Origin: Candidatus Methylomirabilia bacterium
Lineage (GTDB): Bacteria; Methylomirabilota; Methylomirabilia; Rokubacteriales; CSP1-6
DNA length: 64,000 bases
Assembly (NCBI GenBank): GCA_041496385.1
Contig: JBGQEL010000007.1
Coordinates: 1-64,000, forward strand
Direction: 5' to 3'
The translations under genes were made by a program, and so were the position numbers. Under the pieces are notes generated by a model, which ran no database searches, had not been told where the DNA came from, and saw nothing but the letters and a program-made list of their open reading frames with translations. Below are positions 38,383 through 48,289 of the stretch, one piece after another; position 1 is the first letter of the stretch; every line of letters starts with the position of its first letter.

Positions 38383-40014
38383 TTGACGCGCGCCTTGAAG
38401 TGGGTCTTCGGTCTCTTCGCGGCGATCGCCGTCCTGGCGATCGCCGCGATTCTCATACTCCCCCTCCTGATCAACACGTCGCGTGCCCAGGGACTCATCG
38501 CGTCGACCGCCTCGCAGATGCTCAACCGCACCGTCAAGTTCGCGTCGGTGTCCGTCGCGCTTGCCCCGCGCCCGGCGATCAAGCTGCACGACCTCGAGAT
38601 CGCCGAGGATCCACGCTTCGGCTCGGCCCCCTTCCTCAAACTCGACACCGGCCGGCTCGCGCTGAAAGTCCGCCCGCTCCTCTCGGGACGCGTCGAGTTC
38701 GGTGACCTGACGCTCCAGCGGCCGACGATCGCGATCGTCCGCAACGCCGACGGCGTGATGAACGTGGCGAGCCTCGGGAGCGCCCCCGAGTCGCGCAGCC
38801 CGGCGCGCGGCGGCCGGAGCGCCGGCGCGCCGGGGAGCGGCGGAGCACCCGTGGCGCTGCCGGGGCGCGTGAGGATCGAGCAGGGCACCGTGAGCTACGT
38901 CACCCAGGGCAGGGCGGGCGGGCTCTCGCGCTTCCGGGTGGAGCGTCTGGACCTCACGCTCGGCGCGGGCGCCGGCGCGCTCACGTTCGAAGGCGCGGCG
39001 CGCGTGATGCCAGGAGACCTCGGCGTCACGATCGCCGAGGGCCGGATCGCGTTGAACGGCGCCCGGAGTGTGCTCGAGGCGCCCGTGAGCGCGCGCGTGG
39101 GCCTCGACGGCAAGGACGTCGTCGAGCTCGTCGCCGTCGCGGCGGGGCCTACCCCCTCGGTCGCTGGCCCGGTCAAGGGTGAGCTGACGCTCGGCGGGAC
39201 GCTCGGCTCGCCGAAGGCGGCCGGCACTCTGGAGCTCGCGAGCCCGCGGATCACGCAGCTGATCGCCGCGTGCCCGGAGCCCAAGCGGCGAACGCTGACC
39301 CTCACCGCGCTGAAGCTTGCCGGCCTGTCGGGGGACGGCGGTCGCCTGACGAGCCGTCCCGTCACGGCCGGCCTCGCCGGCGGAACGATCGCGCTGAGCC
39401 TCGCGGCGACGCTCGACCACGGCGTACGCGTCGAGGTCGCCGAGCTCGGGATCAAGGGGCTGCCCCTGGAGCGCGTGCTCGTCGACTTTCTCTGCCAGGG
39501 CTACGCCGTGACGGGCCCCCTCGACCTCGACGGCGCGCTCGCGTTCGACGCGGCCGACCCCCTGGGCACGCTCTCGGGTTCGGGGCGCCTCCGCATCGGG
39601 GCGGGGCGCGTGGTCGGCGCGCAGGCGCTCGCGCTGATCGGCGGCGTGGTCCGCATCGGCGGGGCGCTCTCCGCGCTCCTGAGCGCCGACCTGCCGACGT
39701 CGCTCTTCGCGTCGCCGCTCGAGTTCGACTCGATCACGGGGACCTACCGGATCGTCGACGGCGTCGTCACGACCCGCGACCTCGTATACGCCAGCCGCGT
39801 CATGAAGGTGGCGGTCGCGGGTGACTACGGGCTCGCGACCGGCCGCATGAACCTCGACATGGTCGTGAATCACGGCCGCGGCGAGGTCAAGGCCAGGGTG
39901 ACGGGCACCGCGGCGTCGCCGTCCATCCGCGTCGATCCGTCGACGCTGGTGCGCGACGCGGATCGCCAGAAGATCGAGAGCGGACTCAAGGATCTTCTCA
40001 AGCGGTTCCGCTGA
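38383..40014 (+). CDS. AsmA family protein
   Basis: N-terminal TM anchor, 'LKVRPLLSGRVEF' AsmA N motif, C-terminal 'VTGTAASPSI'. Confidence 0.8.
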   Translation: MTRALKWVFGLFAAIAVLAIAAILILPLLINTSRAQGLIASTASQMLNRTVKFASVSVALAPRPAIKLHDLEIAEDPRFGSAPFLKLDTGRLALKVRPLLSGRVEFGDLTLQRPTIAIVRNADGVMNVASLGSAPESRSPARGGRSAGAPGSGGAPVALPGRVRIEQGTVSYVTQGRAGGLSRFRVERLDLTLGAGAGALTFEGAARVMPGDLGVTIAEGRIALNGARSVLEAPVSARVGLDGKDVVELVAVAAGPTPSVAGPVKGELTLGGTLGSPKAAGTLELASPRITQLIAACPEPKRRTLTLTALKLAGLSGDGGRLTSRPVTAGLAGGTIALSLAATLDHGVRVEVAELGIKGLPLERVLVDFLCQGYAVTGPLDLDGALAFDAADPLGTLSGSGRLRIGAGRVVGAQALALIGGVVRIGGALSALLSADLPTSLFASPLEFDSITGTYRIVDGVVTTRDLVYASRVMKVAVAGDYGLATGRMNLDMVVNHGRGEVKARVTGTAASPSIRVDPSTLVRDADRQKIESGLKDLLKRFR

Positions 40015-40819
40015 AGCGGCCGCCGCCGACCTTCCCCGACTCCACGAGGGCGACGAAGAAGGCGTAGAGCTGGTCGTACTCCCGCGCGCGCACTTCCCCG
40101 AGCCGCGCCACCGTGTCGTCGCGCATCGCGCGGAACATCTCGAGCCGCCGCCGGAGCACCGCTCGCCACTCGGCCGAGAGGTCCTCGGCCTCCACCGCCA
40201 TGAACCCCGCGCGCCCGAGCAGCGTGCGATACCCGTCGAGGGACTGGAGCGTCGTCGCCGCCATCCACTCGCGGAGCTGCTCCCGTTCGCGCGCGCCGAG
40301 ACCCGGATGCGCGACCCAGTCGGTGAACGCGAGCCGCCCCCCGGGGACGAGGACGCGGCGACAGCCCTCGAGCACCGCGAGCTTGTCGGCGATGTGGAGC
40401 AGCGCCTCCTGGCTCACGCAGGCGTCGAACGATCGGTCGCCGAATGGCAGCGCCGTCGCGTCGCCCCGCACCACCGCGACGCGCGGCGCCAGGCCGACCA
40501 GGGCGGAGAGCCGGGCGGCGCCGCCGGCGCGGCCGGCGTTGAGCTCCAGGGCCACGACCCGGCAGCTGCGGCGGCTCGCGAGGAAACGGGCGGGCCCGGC
40601 GAGGCCGGCGCACACGTCGAGGACCCGGCTCGTGGCGCCGATGCCGGCCCGGCGGGCCAGGGCGTCCACCGCGGCGAGCCCCCCGTAGTGGTCCTGGTCG
40701 AACTCGAAGAGCTCCTCCGGGGTGAGGCCCGAGACGTCGCCGCCGCGCCGACGGGCGACGGCGGCTAGCACCTGCTGCTCGCTGATAGGATGGCGGTCGT
40801 AGAAGTCGTTCATGCGCAT
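39998..40819 (-). CDS. Class I SAM-dependent methyltransferase
   Basis: VLDVCAGLAG, GDATALPF, LVPGG. Confidence 0.85.
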   Translation of the reverse strand: MRMNDFYDRHPISEQQVLAAVARRRGGDVSGLTPEELFEFDQDHYGGLAAVDALARRAGIGATSRVLDVCAGLAGPARFLASRRSCRVVALELNAGRAGGAARLSALVGLAPRVAVVRGDATALPFGDRSFDACVSQEALLHIADKLAVLEGCRRVLVPGGRLAFTDWVAHPGLGAREREQLREWMAATTLQSLDGYRTLLGRAGFMAVEAEDLSAEWRAVLRRRLEMFRAMRDDTVARLGEVRAREYDQLYAFFVALVESGKVGGGRFSGTA

Positions 40820-40893
40820 GGCCGCGGCTTGAAGCGCCCGGCCACGTATGATAAAAGCAATCCGTTCTCACCACACCTCGGCGAGGGAAGCCC

Positions 40894-42024
40894 ATGAGCA
40901 GCGAGAGCAAAGGCGGTCTCGAGGACGTCGTCGTCTCCACGTCGGACATCTGCTTCATCGACGGGCGCGAGGGGCGGCTCGTCTACCGGGGCTTCGACGT
41001 CAACGATCTCGTCGAGCACTCCTCCTTCGAAGAGGTCGTCTACCTCCTGTGGCACGGGAACCTGCCGAGCCGGAAGGAGCTGGCGGCGCACCTGAGGGTG
41101 CTGTCGTCGAGCGCCACCCGCAAGCTCCGGCCCAAGCTCGTCACCATGCTCCGCGCGTTCCCCAAGAAGACGACGCCGATGGAGGTGCTCCGCACCGGCG
41201 TGTCCGCGCTCTCCGCGTTCGACCCGGACGCCGCCGACAACTCGCGCGAGGCGACGACGCGCAAGGCGATCCGGCTCCAGGCCCAGATGCCGGCGCTGGT
41301 GGCCGCGTGGGAGCGGATCCGTCGCGGCCGGCCGCTCGTCGCGCCGAACCCGAAGCTCTCGCTGGCCGCCAACTTCCTTTACATGATGAGCGGGAAGAAG
41401 CCGACGCCGCTCGAGGTCAAGACCTTCGACGTCGCGCTCATCCTGCACGCCGACCACGAGTTCAACGCCTCCACGTTTGCCGCCCGCGTGACCGCGGCGA
41501 CCCTCTCCGACCTGCACTCGGCGATCACCTCGGCGATCGGCGCGCTCAAGGGCCCCCTCCACGGCGGCGCGAACGAGCAGGTGATGCTGATGGTCGAGCA
41601 GATCAAGACGCCGGAGCGCGCGGAGGCATGGATTCGCAAGGCGCTCGCCGACAAGGCGCGGGTCATGGGGTTCGGCCATCGGGTCTATCGGGTCGAGGAC
41701 CCGCGCGCCAAGCACCTGCGCCGGCTCGCGACGGAGCTGGGCCGGCAGATGGGGAACACGAGCTACGTCCAGATCCTCGACACCGTCGCGCGCGTCGTCT
41801 CCGAGGACAAGCACATCTTCCCGAACGTGGACCTGTTCTCGGGCGCCGCCTACAAGTCCATGGGGATCCCGACCGACCAGTTCACGCCGATCTTCGCGAT
41901 CAGCCGCGTCGCGGGGTGGGCCGCGCACGTCATGGAGCAGCACGCCAACAACCGGCTGATCCGCCCGCGCGCCGAGTACACCGGACCGACGCACGCCACC
42001 TACGTCCCGCTCGACCGCCGCTAG
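40894..42024 (+). CDS. gltA: Citrate synthase (type I / 2-methylcitrate synthase-like)
   Basis: HADHEFNAST, GPLHGGAN, MGFGHRVY, DPR, PNVD. Confidence 0.9.
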   Translation: MSSESKGGLEDVVVSTSDICFIDGREGRLVYRGFDVNDLVEHSSFEEVVYLLWHGNLPSRKELAAHLRVLSSSATRKLRPKLVTMLRAFPKKTTPMEVLRTGVSALSAFDPDAADNSREATTRKAIRLQAQMPALVAAWERIRRGRPLVAPNPKLSLAANFLYMMSGKKPTPLEVKTFDVALILHADHEFNASTFAARVTAATLSDLHSAITSAIGALKGPLHGGANEQVMLMVEQIKTPERAEAWIRKALADKARVMGFGHRVYRVEDPRAKHLRRLATELGRQMGNTSYVQILDTVARVVSEDKHIFPNVDLFSGAAYKSMGIPTDQFTPIFAISRVAGWAAHVMEQHANNRLIRPRAEYTGPTHATYVPLDRR

Positions 42025-42048
42025 GCCGGCGCGGGACGACCCCCCGCC

Positions 42049-42846
42049 GTGGGCGCGCGGGTCACGATCGCGATGTCCGTGTTCAACCAGCTGGCGCTCA
42101 CGCGCGCGTGCATGGAGAGCCTGCGGGCCACGACGGAGCCGTTCCGGCTCGTCGTCATCGACAACGGTTCGACCGACGACACCCCTCGCTTCTTCGAGGG
42201 CTTCGAGTATCCGTATCCGCTCCGCTTCGAGCGCAACCCCGAGAATCGTTCCGTGATCGCCACGCTCAACCGGGCGTGGCGCCTGGCGGAGACCGAGTAC
42301 CTCTGCTTTCTCCACAACGACACCGAGCTCGTCGAGCCCGCGTGGCTCGCGCGGCTGCTGGCGACGCTCGCCGAGCCGGCGGCGGGGCTCGCCGGGCTCG
42401 AGGGCGTCAAGCGTCTCCGCCGGAACGGACGCTACGTCGGGCGGACCCTCGTCCACAGCTTCGCCGCGGGGCCGACCGTCCGGGCGCCGCGGGAGGAGGT
42501 CGCCGTCGTGGACTCGGTCTGTATGTGCCTGTCACGCGCGCTCCTCGAAGAGGTCGGCGGTCTCGACGAGGGCTACGGCTTCTATCACGGCCTCGACCGG
42601 GACCTCTCGCTGGCGGTGCGCGAGCTCGGCCGGCGCTGCTTCGTGGTGCTCGCGCCGTTCGTGCATCACGGCGGAGGCACGCGCACCCGCGATTTCGGCG
42701 CGCGCCCGGAGCGCGAGCGCCTCGACCTGGCCGCGCGCCGCGAGGTGCTCGAGCGGTTCCGGGCGAAGTGGGGTCACCGTCTGCCGTGCGACGTACGCTC
42801 GCGGCCCGAGCGCCTGGCCGCGTGGTTCCGGGGCAGGCGCGCATGA
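42049..42846 (+). CDS. Glycosyltransferase family 2
   Basis: IDNGSTD, LHND, GGLDEGY. Confidence 0.85.
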   Translation: MGARVTIAMSVFNQLALTRACMESLRATTEPFRLVVIDNGSTDDTPRFFEGFEYPYPLRFERNPENRSVIATLNRAWRLAETEYLCFLHNDTELVEPAWLARLLATLAEPAAGLAGLEGVKRLRRNGRYVGRTLVHSFAAGPTVRAPREEVAVVDSVCMCLSRALLEEVGGLDEGYGFYHGLDRDLSLAVRELGRRCFVVLAPFVHHGGGTRTRDFGARPERERLDLAARREVLERFRAKWGHRLPCDVRSRPERLAAWFRGRRA

Positions 42847-44006
42847 GGCCCCTGCGCATCGGGATCGTCGGGGCCCGGTTCGCCGCGGACCTGCACGCCG
42901 TCAACTACCGCCCGCTCCTCGGGACGAAGGTCGAGCTCGCCGCCGTGTGCGCCCGGACTCGCGCCGACGCCGAGACCTTCGCGCGGCACCACGCGATCGC
43001 GCGCGTCTTCACCGATCATCGCGAGCTGGTCGCCTCGTCCGACGTCGACGTGGTGGACATCTGCTCGACGACCGACAGCCACCACGAGATCGCGATCGCC
43101 GCGGCGCGTGCCGGCAAGCACGTGATCGTCGAGAAGCCGCTGACGGGCGCGTTCGTCGAGGGCAGCGAGCCGCGCGAGGCGATGCTCGAGCAGGCGCTCC
43201 GGAATTGCGACGCCGTGCTCGAGGCCGTGGCCCGGGCAGGGGTCGTGCTCTGCTATGCGGAGGATTTCGTCTACGCGCCGCCCGTGGCCAAGCTCCGGCG
43301 GCTGCTGGACGCGTCCGGCGGCACCATTCTGGAATTGCGCGCGGAGGAGAGTCACTCGGGGTCGCACGCGGCCTACGCCAGCCGCTGGCGGAGCTCCGGC
43401 GGCGGCTCACTCCTCCGGATGGGCTCCCACCCGGTCGGCGTGGTCCTTCACCTCAAGCACTACGAAGGCACGAAGCGTGGCGGACGGCCGATCCGCGCGC
43501 GCAGCGTCACCGCCGACGTCGCGCAGCTCACCAAGCTCCCCGCGGTCGAGGGGCGCACGGCGCACATCAAGGCGCGCCCCGAGGACGTGGAGGACTGGGC
43601 CGTCGCGCTGATCACCTTCGAGGACGGGACGAAGGCCACGGTCCACTCGAACGACGTCACCCTGGGCGGCGTCCGGAACGTCGTGACCGCGTACCTGACC
43701 AACGGGATCGTCCAGGCGAACATCAACCCCAACAACGCCGTCGCCGCCTACGCGCCCGACGCGGGCGTTTGGGGCGAGGAGTACATCACCGAGAAGGTCG
43801 AGACCAAGGGCGGCTGGCAGTTCCCGAGCCCCGAGGAGGACTGGATGCGCGGCTATCCGCAGGAGCTGGCGGACTTCGCGGACGCGATCCTGGAGCGTCG
43901 CGAGCCGCTGTCCGGCGCGCGGCTCGCCCGTGAGGTGGTCGAGGTGATCTACGCTGGCTACCTCTCGGCGGCGACGGGTCGCCGTGTGGAGTTGCCGCGG
44001 CCATGA
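42843..44006 (+). CDS. Gfo/Idh/MocA family oxidoreductase
   Basis: IGIVGA, AGKHVIVEKP, GGGSLLRMGSH. Confidence 0.88.
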   Translation: MRPLRIGIVGARFAADLHAVNYRPLLGTKVELAAVCARTRADAETFARHHAIARVFTDHRELVASSDVDVVDICSTTDSHHEIAIAAARAGKHVIVEKPLTGAFVEGSEPREAMLEQALRNCDAVLEAVARAGVVLCYAEDFVYAPPVAKLRRLLDASGGTILELRAEESHSGSHAAYASRWRSSGGGSLLRMGSHPVGVVLHLKHYEGTKRGGRPIRARSVTADVAQLTKLPAVEGRTAHIKARPEDVEDWAVALITFEDGTKATVHSNDVTLGGVRNVVTAYLTNGIVQANINPNNAVAAYAPDAGVWGEEYITEKVETKGGWQFPSPEEDWMRGYPQELADFADAILERREPLSGARLAREVVEVIYAGYLSAATGRRVELPRP

Positions 44007-44863
44007 TCCCGTTCTCGAAGGGCCACGGTCTCGGCAACGACTACCTCGTCGTCAACCAGGCGGACCTGACGGCGCCCCTCTCGGTCGGAGCGATCCGGAG
44101 AATCTGCGACCGGCACTGGGGCGTCGGCTCGGACGGCATCCTCCTCCTCGTGCCGACGACGCGCGCGGACTTCGGCCTGCGCATCTTCAACCCCGACGGG
44201 AGCGAGGCGGAGAAGTCGGGGAACGGGCTCCGCATCTTCGCCAAATATCTCTGGGACCGGGGCCACGCCAGGACGGCGACGTTCACCGTGGACACCAAGG
44301 GCGGCGTGGTCGAGTGCCGGTGCCGTGTCGAGGACGGCCGCGTGAACTTCGTGACCGTCGAGATGGGACGCGCGACGTTCCGCGCGCCGGAGATCCCGAT
44401 GAACGGCCCCGATCGTGACGTGGTCGCAGCACCGCTGCAGCTCGGGGACGGCACCACGCTGCGCGTGACGGCGGTCTCGGTGGGGAACCCGCACTGCGTG
44501 ACCTTCGTGGACCGTCTCGACGAGGCCGAGTGTCGGCGGCTCGGCCCACTCATCGAGAGCCACCCGGCGTTTCCGAACCGGACCAACGTGCAGTTCGCCC
44601 GCGTCCACGCGCGCGACAGGGTCGACATCCTCATCTGGGAGCGCGGGGCCGGCTTCACGCTGGCCTCGGGGTCGTCGTCCTGCGGGGCCGCCTCGGCCGC
44701 CGTGCGGAACGGCCTCTGCGACCACGGGCGCGTGCGCGTCAGGATGCCGGGGGGCGAGCTCGTCATCGAGGTGCGGCCCGACTGGTCGCTCCGGCTCGAG
44801 GGGCCCGTCGAGGAGGTCTGCACGGGCACGCTCTCGGCCGAGTTCGCGGCCTCGCTGTCGTGA
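44003..44863 (+). CDS. dapF: Diaminopimelate epimerase-like protein with Ser at both catalytic positions
   Basis: KGHGLGNDY, GSDG, NPDGSEAEKSGNG, GNPH, WERGAG.TLASGSS. Confidence 0.88.
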   Translation: MIPFSKGHGLGNDYLVVNQADLTAPLSVGAIRRICDRHWGVGSDGILLLVPTTRADFGLRIFNPDGSEAEKSGNGLRIFAKYLWDRGHARTATFTVDTKGGVVECRCRVEDGRVNFVTVEMGRATFRAPEIPMNGPDRDVVAAPLQLGDGTTLRVTAVSVGNPHCVTFVDRLDEAECRRLGPLIESHPAFPNRTNVQFARVHARDRVDILIWERGAGFTLASGSSSCGAASAAVRNGLCDHGRVRVRMPGGELVIEVRPDWSLRLEGPVEEVCTGTLSAEFAASLS

Positions 44864-45444
44864 AGCGGCTCTGCGTGTTCTGCGGGTCCTCCGAGGGAGC
44901 GCGGCCGGCCTACGCGGGCGCCACGCGCGCGCTCGGCGACGAGCTCGTGTCGCGCGGACTCGGCCTCGTGTACGGCGGCGGCTCGGTGGGCCTCATGGGC
45001 GTGCTCGCCGACACCGTGCTCGCGCGGGGCGGCGAGGTCATCGGTGTCATTCCCGGGCCGCTCGCCACGCGCGAGCTCGCGCACGCGGGGCTCAGCGAGA
45101 TGCGCGTCGTCGGGAGCATGCACGAGCGCAAGGCGACGATGGCCCGGCTCGCCGACGGCTTCGTCGCGCTGCCCGGCGGCCTCGGAACCTTCGAGGAGAC
45201 GCTCGAGATGCTCACGTGGTCCCAGCTCGGGATCCACGCGAAGCCCGTGGGCGCGCTCAACGTCGAGGGCTACTGGGACGGGCTCCGCGCGATGCTCGCC
45301 CACGCGGTCGCCGAACGCTTTGTCCGTCCCGAGTTCGCGGCGCTCCTCCTCTTCGAGCCGGCGCCCGGTACGCTTCTCGACCGCCTCGCCGCGTGGCGGC
45401 CGCCGGCCCTCGCGCGCGCGTGGCTCCGTCCCGACCAGACGTGA
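44860..45444 (+). CDS. LOG family nucleotide phosphoribohydrolase (TIGR00730-like)
   Basis: YGGG..GLMG, MHERK, PGGLGTFEE. Confidence 0.92.
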   Translation: MKRLCVFCGSSEGARPAYAGATRALGDELVSRGLGLVYGGGSVGLMGVLADTVLARGGEVIGVIPGPLATRELAHAGLSEMRVVGSMHERKATMARLADGFVALPGGLGTFEETLEMLTWSQLGIHAKPVGALNVEGYWDGLRAMLAHAVAERFVRPEFAALLLFEPAPGTLLDRLAAWRPPALARAWLRPDQT

Positions 45445-45477
45445 CGCGGGGCCGCGCGTGATAGACTGGCGCTCGCG

Positions 45478-45846
45478 GTGATCGCCTCGTGGTGCTGGGA
45501 CTTGGTCGCGCCCTATCTCACGCGCAATCTGTTGAACCGCGGCGTGGAGCGCCCGACGCGCCGGCAGCTCCTCGAGGAGTTCGCGCGCGTGTGGCCCGGG
45601 TGCACCGCGACGATCGGCGTGCAGGAGCCGCACGCGGGCACCATCCGCTTCAAGTGGCTCGTGCGCCTCGGCCCGGCCGAAATGGAGCCATTCCTCGAAG
45701 ACCCGGGCGGCTGGATCGGCGCGCGCTACGGAGGCGGGAAGTTCAAGGTGAACCTGCACCACGGGATGCACTTCGTGAGCACGAAGAACTTCAAGCCCGA
45801 GGGCGCGCCGCGCTGGAAGGACGCGCCCGAGCTGGTTCTCGACTAG
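45478..45846 (+). CDS. Hypothetical protein
   Basis: Coding-like ORF in a co-oriented gene run; start uncertain. Confidence 0.65.
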   Translation: MIASWCWDLVAPYLTRNLLNRGVERPTRRQLLEEFARVWPGCTATIGVQEPHAGTIRFKWLVRLGPAEMEPFLEDPGGWIGARYGGGKFKVNLHHGMHFVSTKNFKPEGAPRWKDAPELVLD

Positions 45847-45855
45847 GAGCCCTCC

Positions 45856-46038
45856 ATGCCGAGCGACGAGACCCGCCGCGTGCTGAAGCTGTTCGGAGTG
45901 GCCGTGACGAATCTCGAGGACGCCCTGGATCGCCAGGCACCGTTCGAGGAGATCATGAAGTGGGACCAGGAGGTCGCCACGCGGACGCGTGAGACGTTCG
46001 CGCTGGTCGACCGGCTCCGGAGCCGGCGCATCGCGTGA
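45856..46038 (+). CDS. Small helical hypothetical protein (60 aa)
   Basis: AGGAG RBS; GTGA overlap with the next gene. Confidence 0.7.
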   Translation: MPSDETRRVLKLFGVAVTNLEDALDRQAPFEEIMKWDQEVATRTRETFALVDRLRSRRIA

Positions 46039-46874
46039 CGCCCCTCACCGACGCCTCGGGCGTCGAGCTCGTCCTGCCGCGACCGCCGCGGCGGATCGTC
46101 TCCCTGATTCCCAGCACCACCGAGACACTCTGCGCCCTCGGGCTCGCCGACGCCCTCGTCGGGGTCACGGTCTATTGCTCCGAGCCGGCCGAGATCGTGC
46201 GCGCCAAGACGCGAATCGGCGGCGAGAAGAACCCCGACCTCGAGCGGATCCGCGCCCTCGCCCCTGACCTGGTCGTCGCCAACGTCGAGGAGAATGTCCG
46301 CGAGCACGTCGACGCCCTGCGCGCGTGGTCCATCCCCGTCTGGGTGACCTATCCCCGCACGGCGGAGGACAGCCTCCGCATGATCCGCGAGCTGGGAGAG
46401 GTGACGGGCGCGCGGGCGCCCGCGGCGGCGCTCCTCGGAGAGCTGGAACCGCTCTACGCGCGCGTGAGGGCGGCCAGCGCCGCGCGCCCGCCGGTGGACA
46501 CCTTCTACGCGATCTGGCGCGGGCCGTACATGACGATCGGCGCGGACACCTACATTCACGACGTGCTGGCGGTCTGTGGCGGGCGGAACGTCTTCGGCGA
46601 CCGGCCCGAGCGATACCCGCCGGTCACCCTCGAGGAGATCGCCGCGCGGCGGCCCGCGGTGATCCTCCTGCCCGACGAGCCGTTCCGGTTCCGCAGGGCG
46701 CACCTGGACGACTTCGCGCCCTACCGGGAGATCCCCGCGGTGCGGGACGGCCGGGTGCACCTGGTGGACGGCAAGCCGTTCTCCTGGCACGGGCCGCGCC
46801 TCGCCGAAGCGCTGCGCACGCTCCCGGCGCTCCTCGCGGGGACCGGTCGCGACGCGGACGGGCCCCGACGCTAG
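46035..46874 (+). CDS. BtuF-like helical-backbone metal/cobalamin-binding protein
   Basis: RIVSLIPSTTE, GGEKNP, PDLVVAN.EEN, SWHGPR. Confidence 0.85.
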   Translation: MTPLTDASGVELVLPRPPRRIVSLIPSTTETLCALGLADALVGVTVYCSEPAEIVRAKTRIGGEKNPDLERIRALAPDLVVANVEENVREHVDALRAWSIPVWVTYPRTAEDSLRMIRELGEVTGARAPAAALLGELEPLYARVRAASAARPPVDTFYAIWRGPYMTIGADTYIHDVLAVCGGRNVFGDRPERYPPVTLEEIAARRPAVILLPDEPFRFRRAHLDDFAPYREIPAVRDGRVHLVDGKPFSWHGPRLAEALRTLPALLAGTGRDADGPRR

Positions 46875-46887
46875 CGAGCGCGCCGGC

Positions 46888-47040
46888 TCAGTCGCGCTTG
46901 CGCGCCGGCAGGAACCGCTCGAGCCAGGGCGCGGCCGCGGCCATGAAGAGACCCGGGACGGCGACGCCGCTGATGAGCCCCAGGATCGAGAGGAAGACCA
47001 GCGAGATCAGCGTGATCAGAAGATCGAGGAAGGGAGCCAT
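46888..47040 (-). CDS. Small membrane protein (50 aa), absent from the ORF track
   Basis: ATG 47040, TGA 46888: MAPFLDLLITLISLVFLSILGLISGVAVPGLFMAAAAPWLERFLPARKRD; GAAGG upstream. Confidence 0.6.
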   Translation of the reverse strand: MAPFLDLLITLISLVFLSILGLISGVAVPGLFMAAAAPWLERFLPARKRD

Positions 47041-47048
47041 GGCCTTCG

Positions 47049-48287
47049 TCAGTGTACGTCGCTCGACTTGTGGATGTCCAGCATCGGCGGCAAGCCCGGG
47101 CGGGGAGGCGTGCGCTCGATGCGCGTGATGCGGGTCATGCGCCCGACGATGTCGCGGATACGCTGCGCGGCGCCGGCCGCCCGATCGAGCCAGCGCCGCT
47201 CCTGGGCGTCGATCGCCACGCGGCGTGAGAACAGCTCGAGCGAGCCGACGATGACCGTGAGCGGGTTGTTGATCTCGTGCGCGGCGGCGCTCGCCACGAG
47301 GGTGATGGCGCGCAGGTCCTCGGCCTGGCGCTGCGCGGCCTCGGCATTTTCGCGCTCGACCGACTCGCGGTAGATGACGATCTCATAGCGCCGGCCGTCA
47401 TGATCCACGATCCGCCGCGTCGAATCGACGCGGATGACGTCGCCGGAGGCGCGGCGGTAGGGGTTGCCGAAGGCCCGCGCGAACCCGTGGGCGCGGGCCT
47501 CGGCGATCGAGGTCTCGCGAAGCGCGCGGAGCTCCGGCTCCTCGGGCCAGAAGTCACGAACGTCGCGGCCGATGAGCGCCGAGCGCGGGTAGCCCGAGAG
47601 CTCGCAATCGCGGCGGTTCACGTCGAGGATCCGGAACGTGTCGGGGTCCACGATGCGGATCGCGTCCGAGGCCTCGTCGATGATCGCGCGGAAGCGCGCG
47701 TGCTCCTCGGCGAATCGCGCCTCCGCGACGACGTCGTGGAAGAGGCGGGCGACGACGCCGATCCCGATCACGGTGACGCCGAGGAGGTGCAGCCAGGCGC
47801 GCCCGATGATCTCGAGCCCGCGCGCGCCGAGCAGGGTGAAGCCCGCGAGGAGCAGGGCGTACACCGCGAGGCTCAGGGCCAGCGCGTGGCGCGGCCCGAC
47901 GTCTCTGTCGCGGCGTGCCCACGCACAGGCCAGGGCCGCCGCGCCCGCCGTGGCGAGGAGCGTCAGGACGCTGGCGACGGTGCCGACGCCGCCGAGCCAG
48001 ATGCGGTAGGCGACGGCGACCACGGCGGCGATGAAGCCGGCGCTCCCGCCTTCGAAGAGGCCGACGAGCGCCACGGGGACCACGCGCGAGTCGAGCCAGA
48101 CCCCCTCGTCGATCTGAAGGCGCAGCATCATCAGCACGGCGGCGATCGTGCCGAAGGCCGAGCCGGTCAGGACGGCGCGCCGCACGTGGTGCCACCGGCC
48201 GCTCCGGCACCAGGGGTACGTGTACGAATAGAAGAGGAGGCCGACGACGACGACGCCGACCTCCTCGACGATCGCGTGCCAGTTGAT
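47049..48287 (-). CDS. 5TM-LYT membrane sensor + PAS + HisKA, lacking HATPase; probable ATC start
   Basis: DSR..P..LVGLFEG 5TMR motif, PAS, AHEINNPL; ends about 60 aa after the H-box; TM1 lies upstream of GTG 48185. Confidence 0.75.
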   Translation of the reverse strand: MNWHAIVEEVGVVVVGLLFYSYTYPWCRSGRWHHVRRAVLTGSAFGTIAAVLMMLRLQIDEGVWLDSRVVPVALVGLFEGGSAGFIAAVVAVAYRIWLGGVGTVASVLTLLATAGAAALACAWARRDRDVGPRHALALSLAVYALLLAGFTLLGARGLEIIGRAWLHLLGVTVIGIGVVARLFHDVVAEARFAEEHARFRAIIDEASDAIRIVDPDTFRILDVNRRDCELSGYPRSALIGRDVRDFWPEEPELRALRETSIAEARAHGFARAFGNPYRRASGDVIRVDSTRRIVDHDGRRYEIVIYRESVERENAEAAQRQAEDLRAITLVASAAAHEINNPLTVIVGSLELFSRRVAIDAQERRWLDRAAGAAQRIRDIVGRMTRITRIERTPPRPGLPPMLDIHKSSDVH

Positions 48288-48289
48288 GG

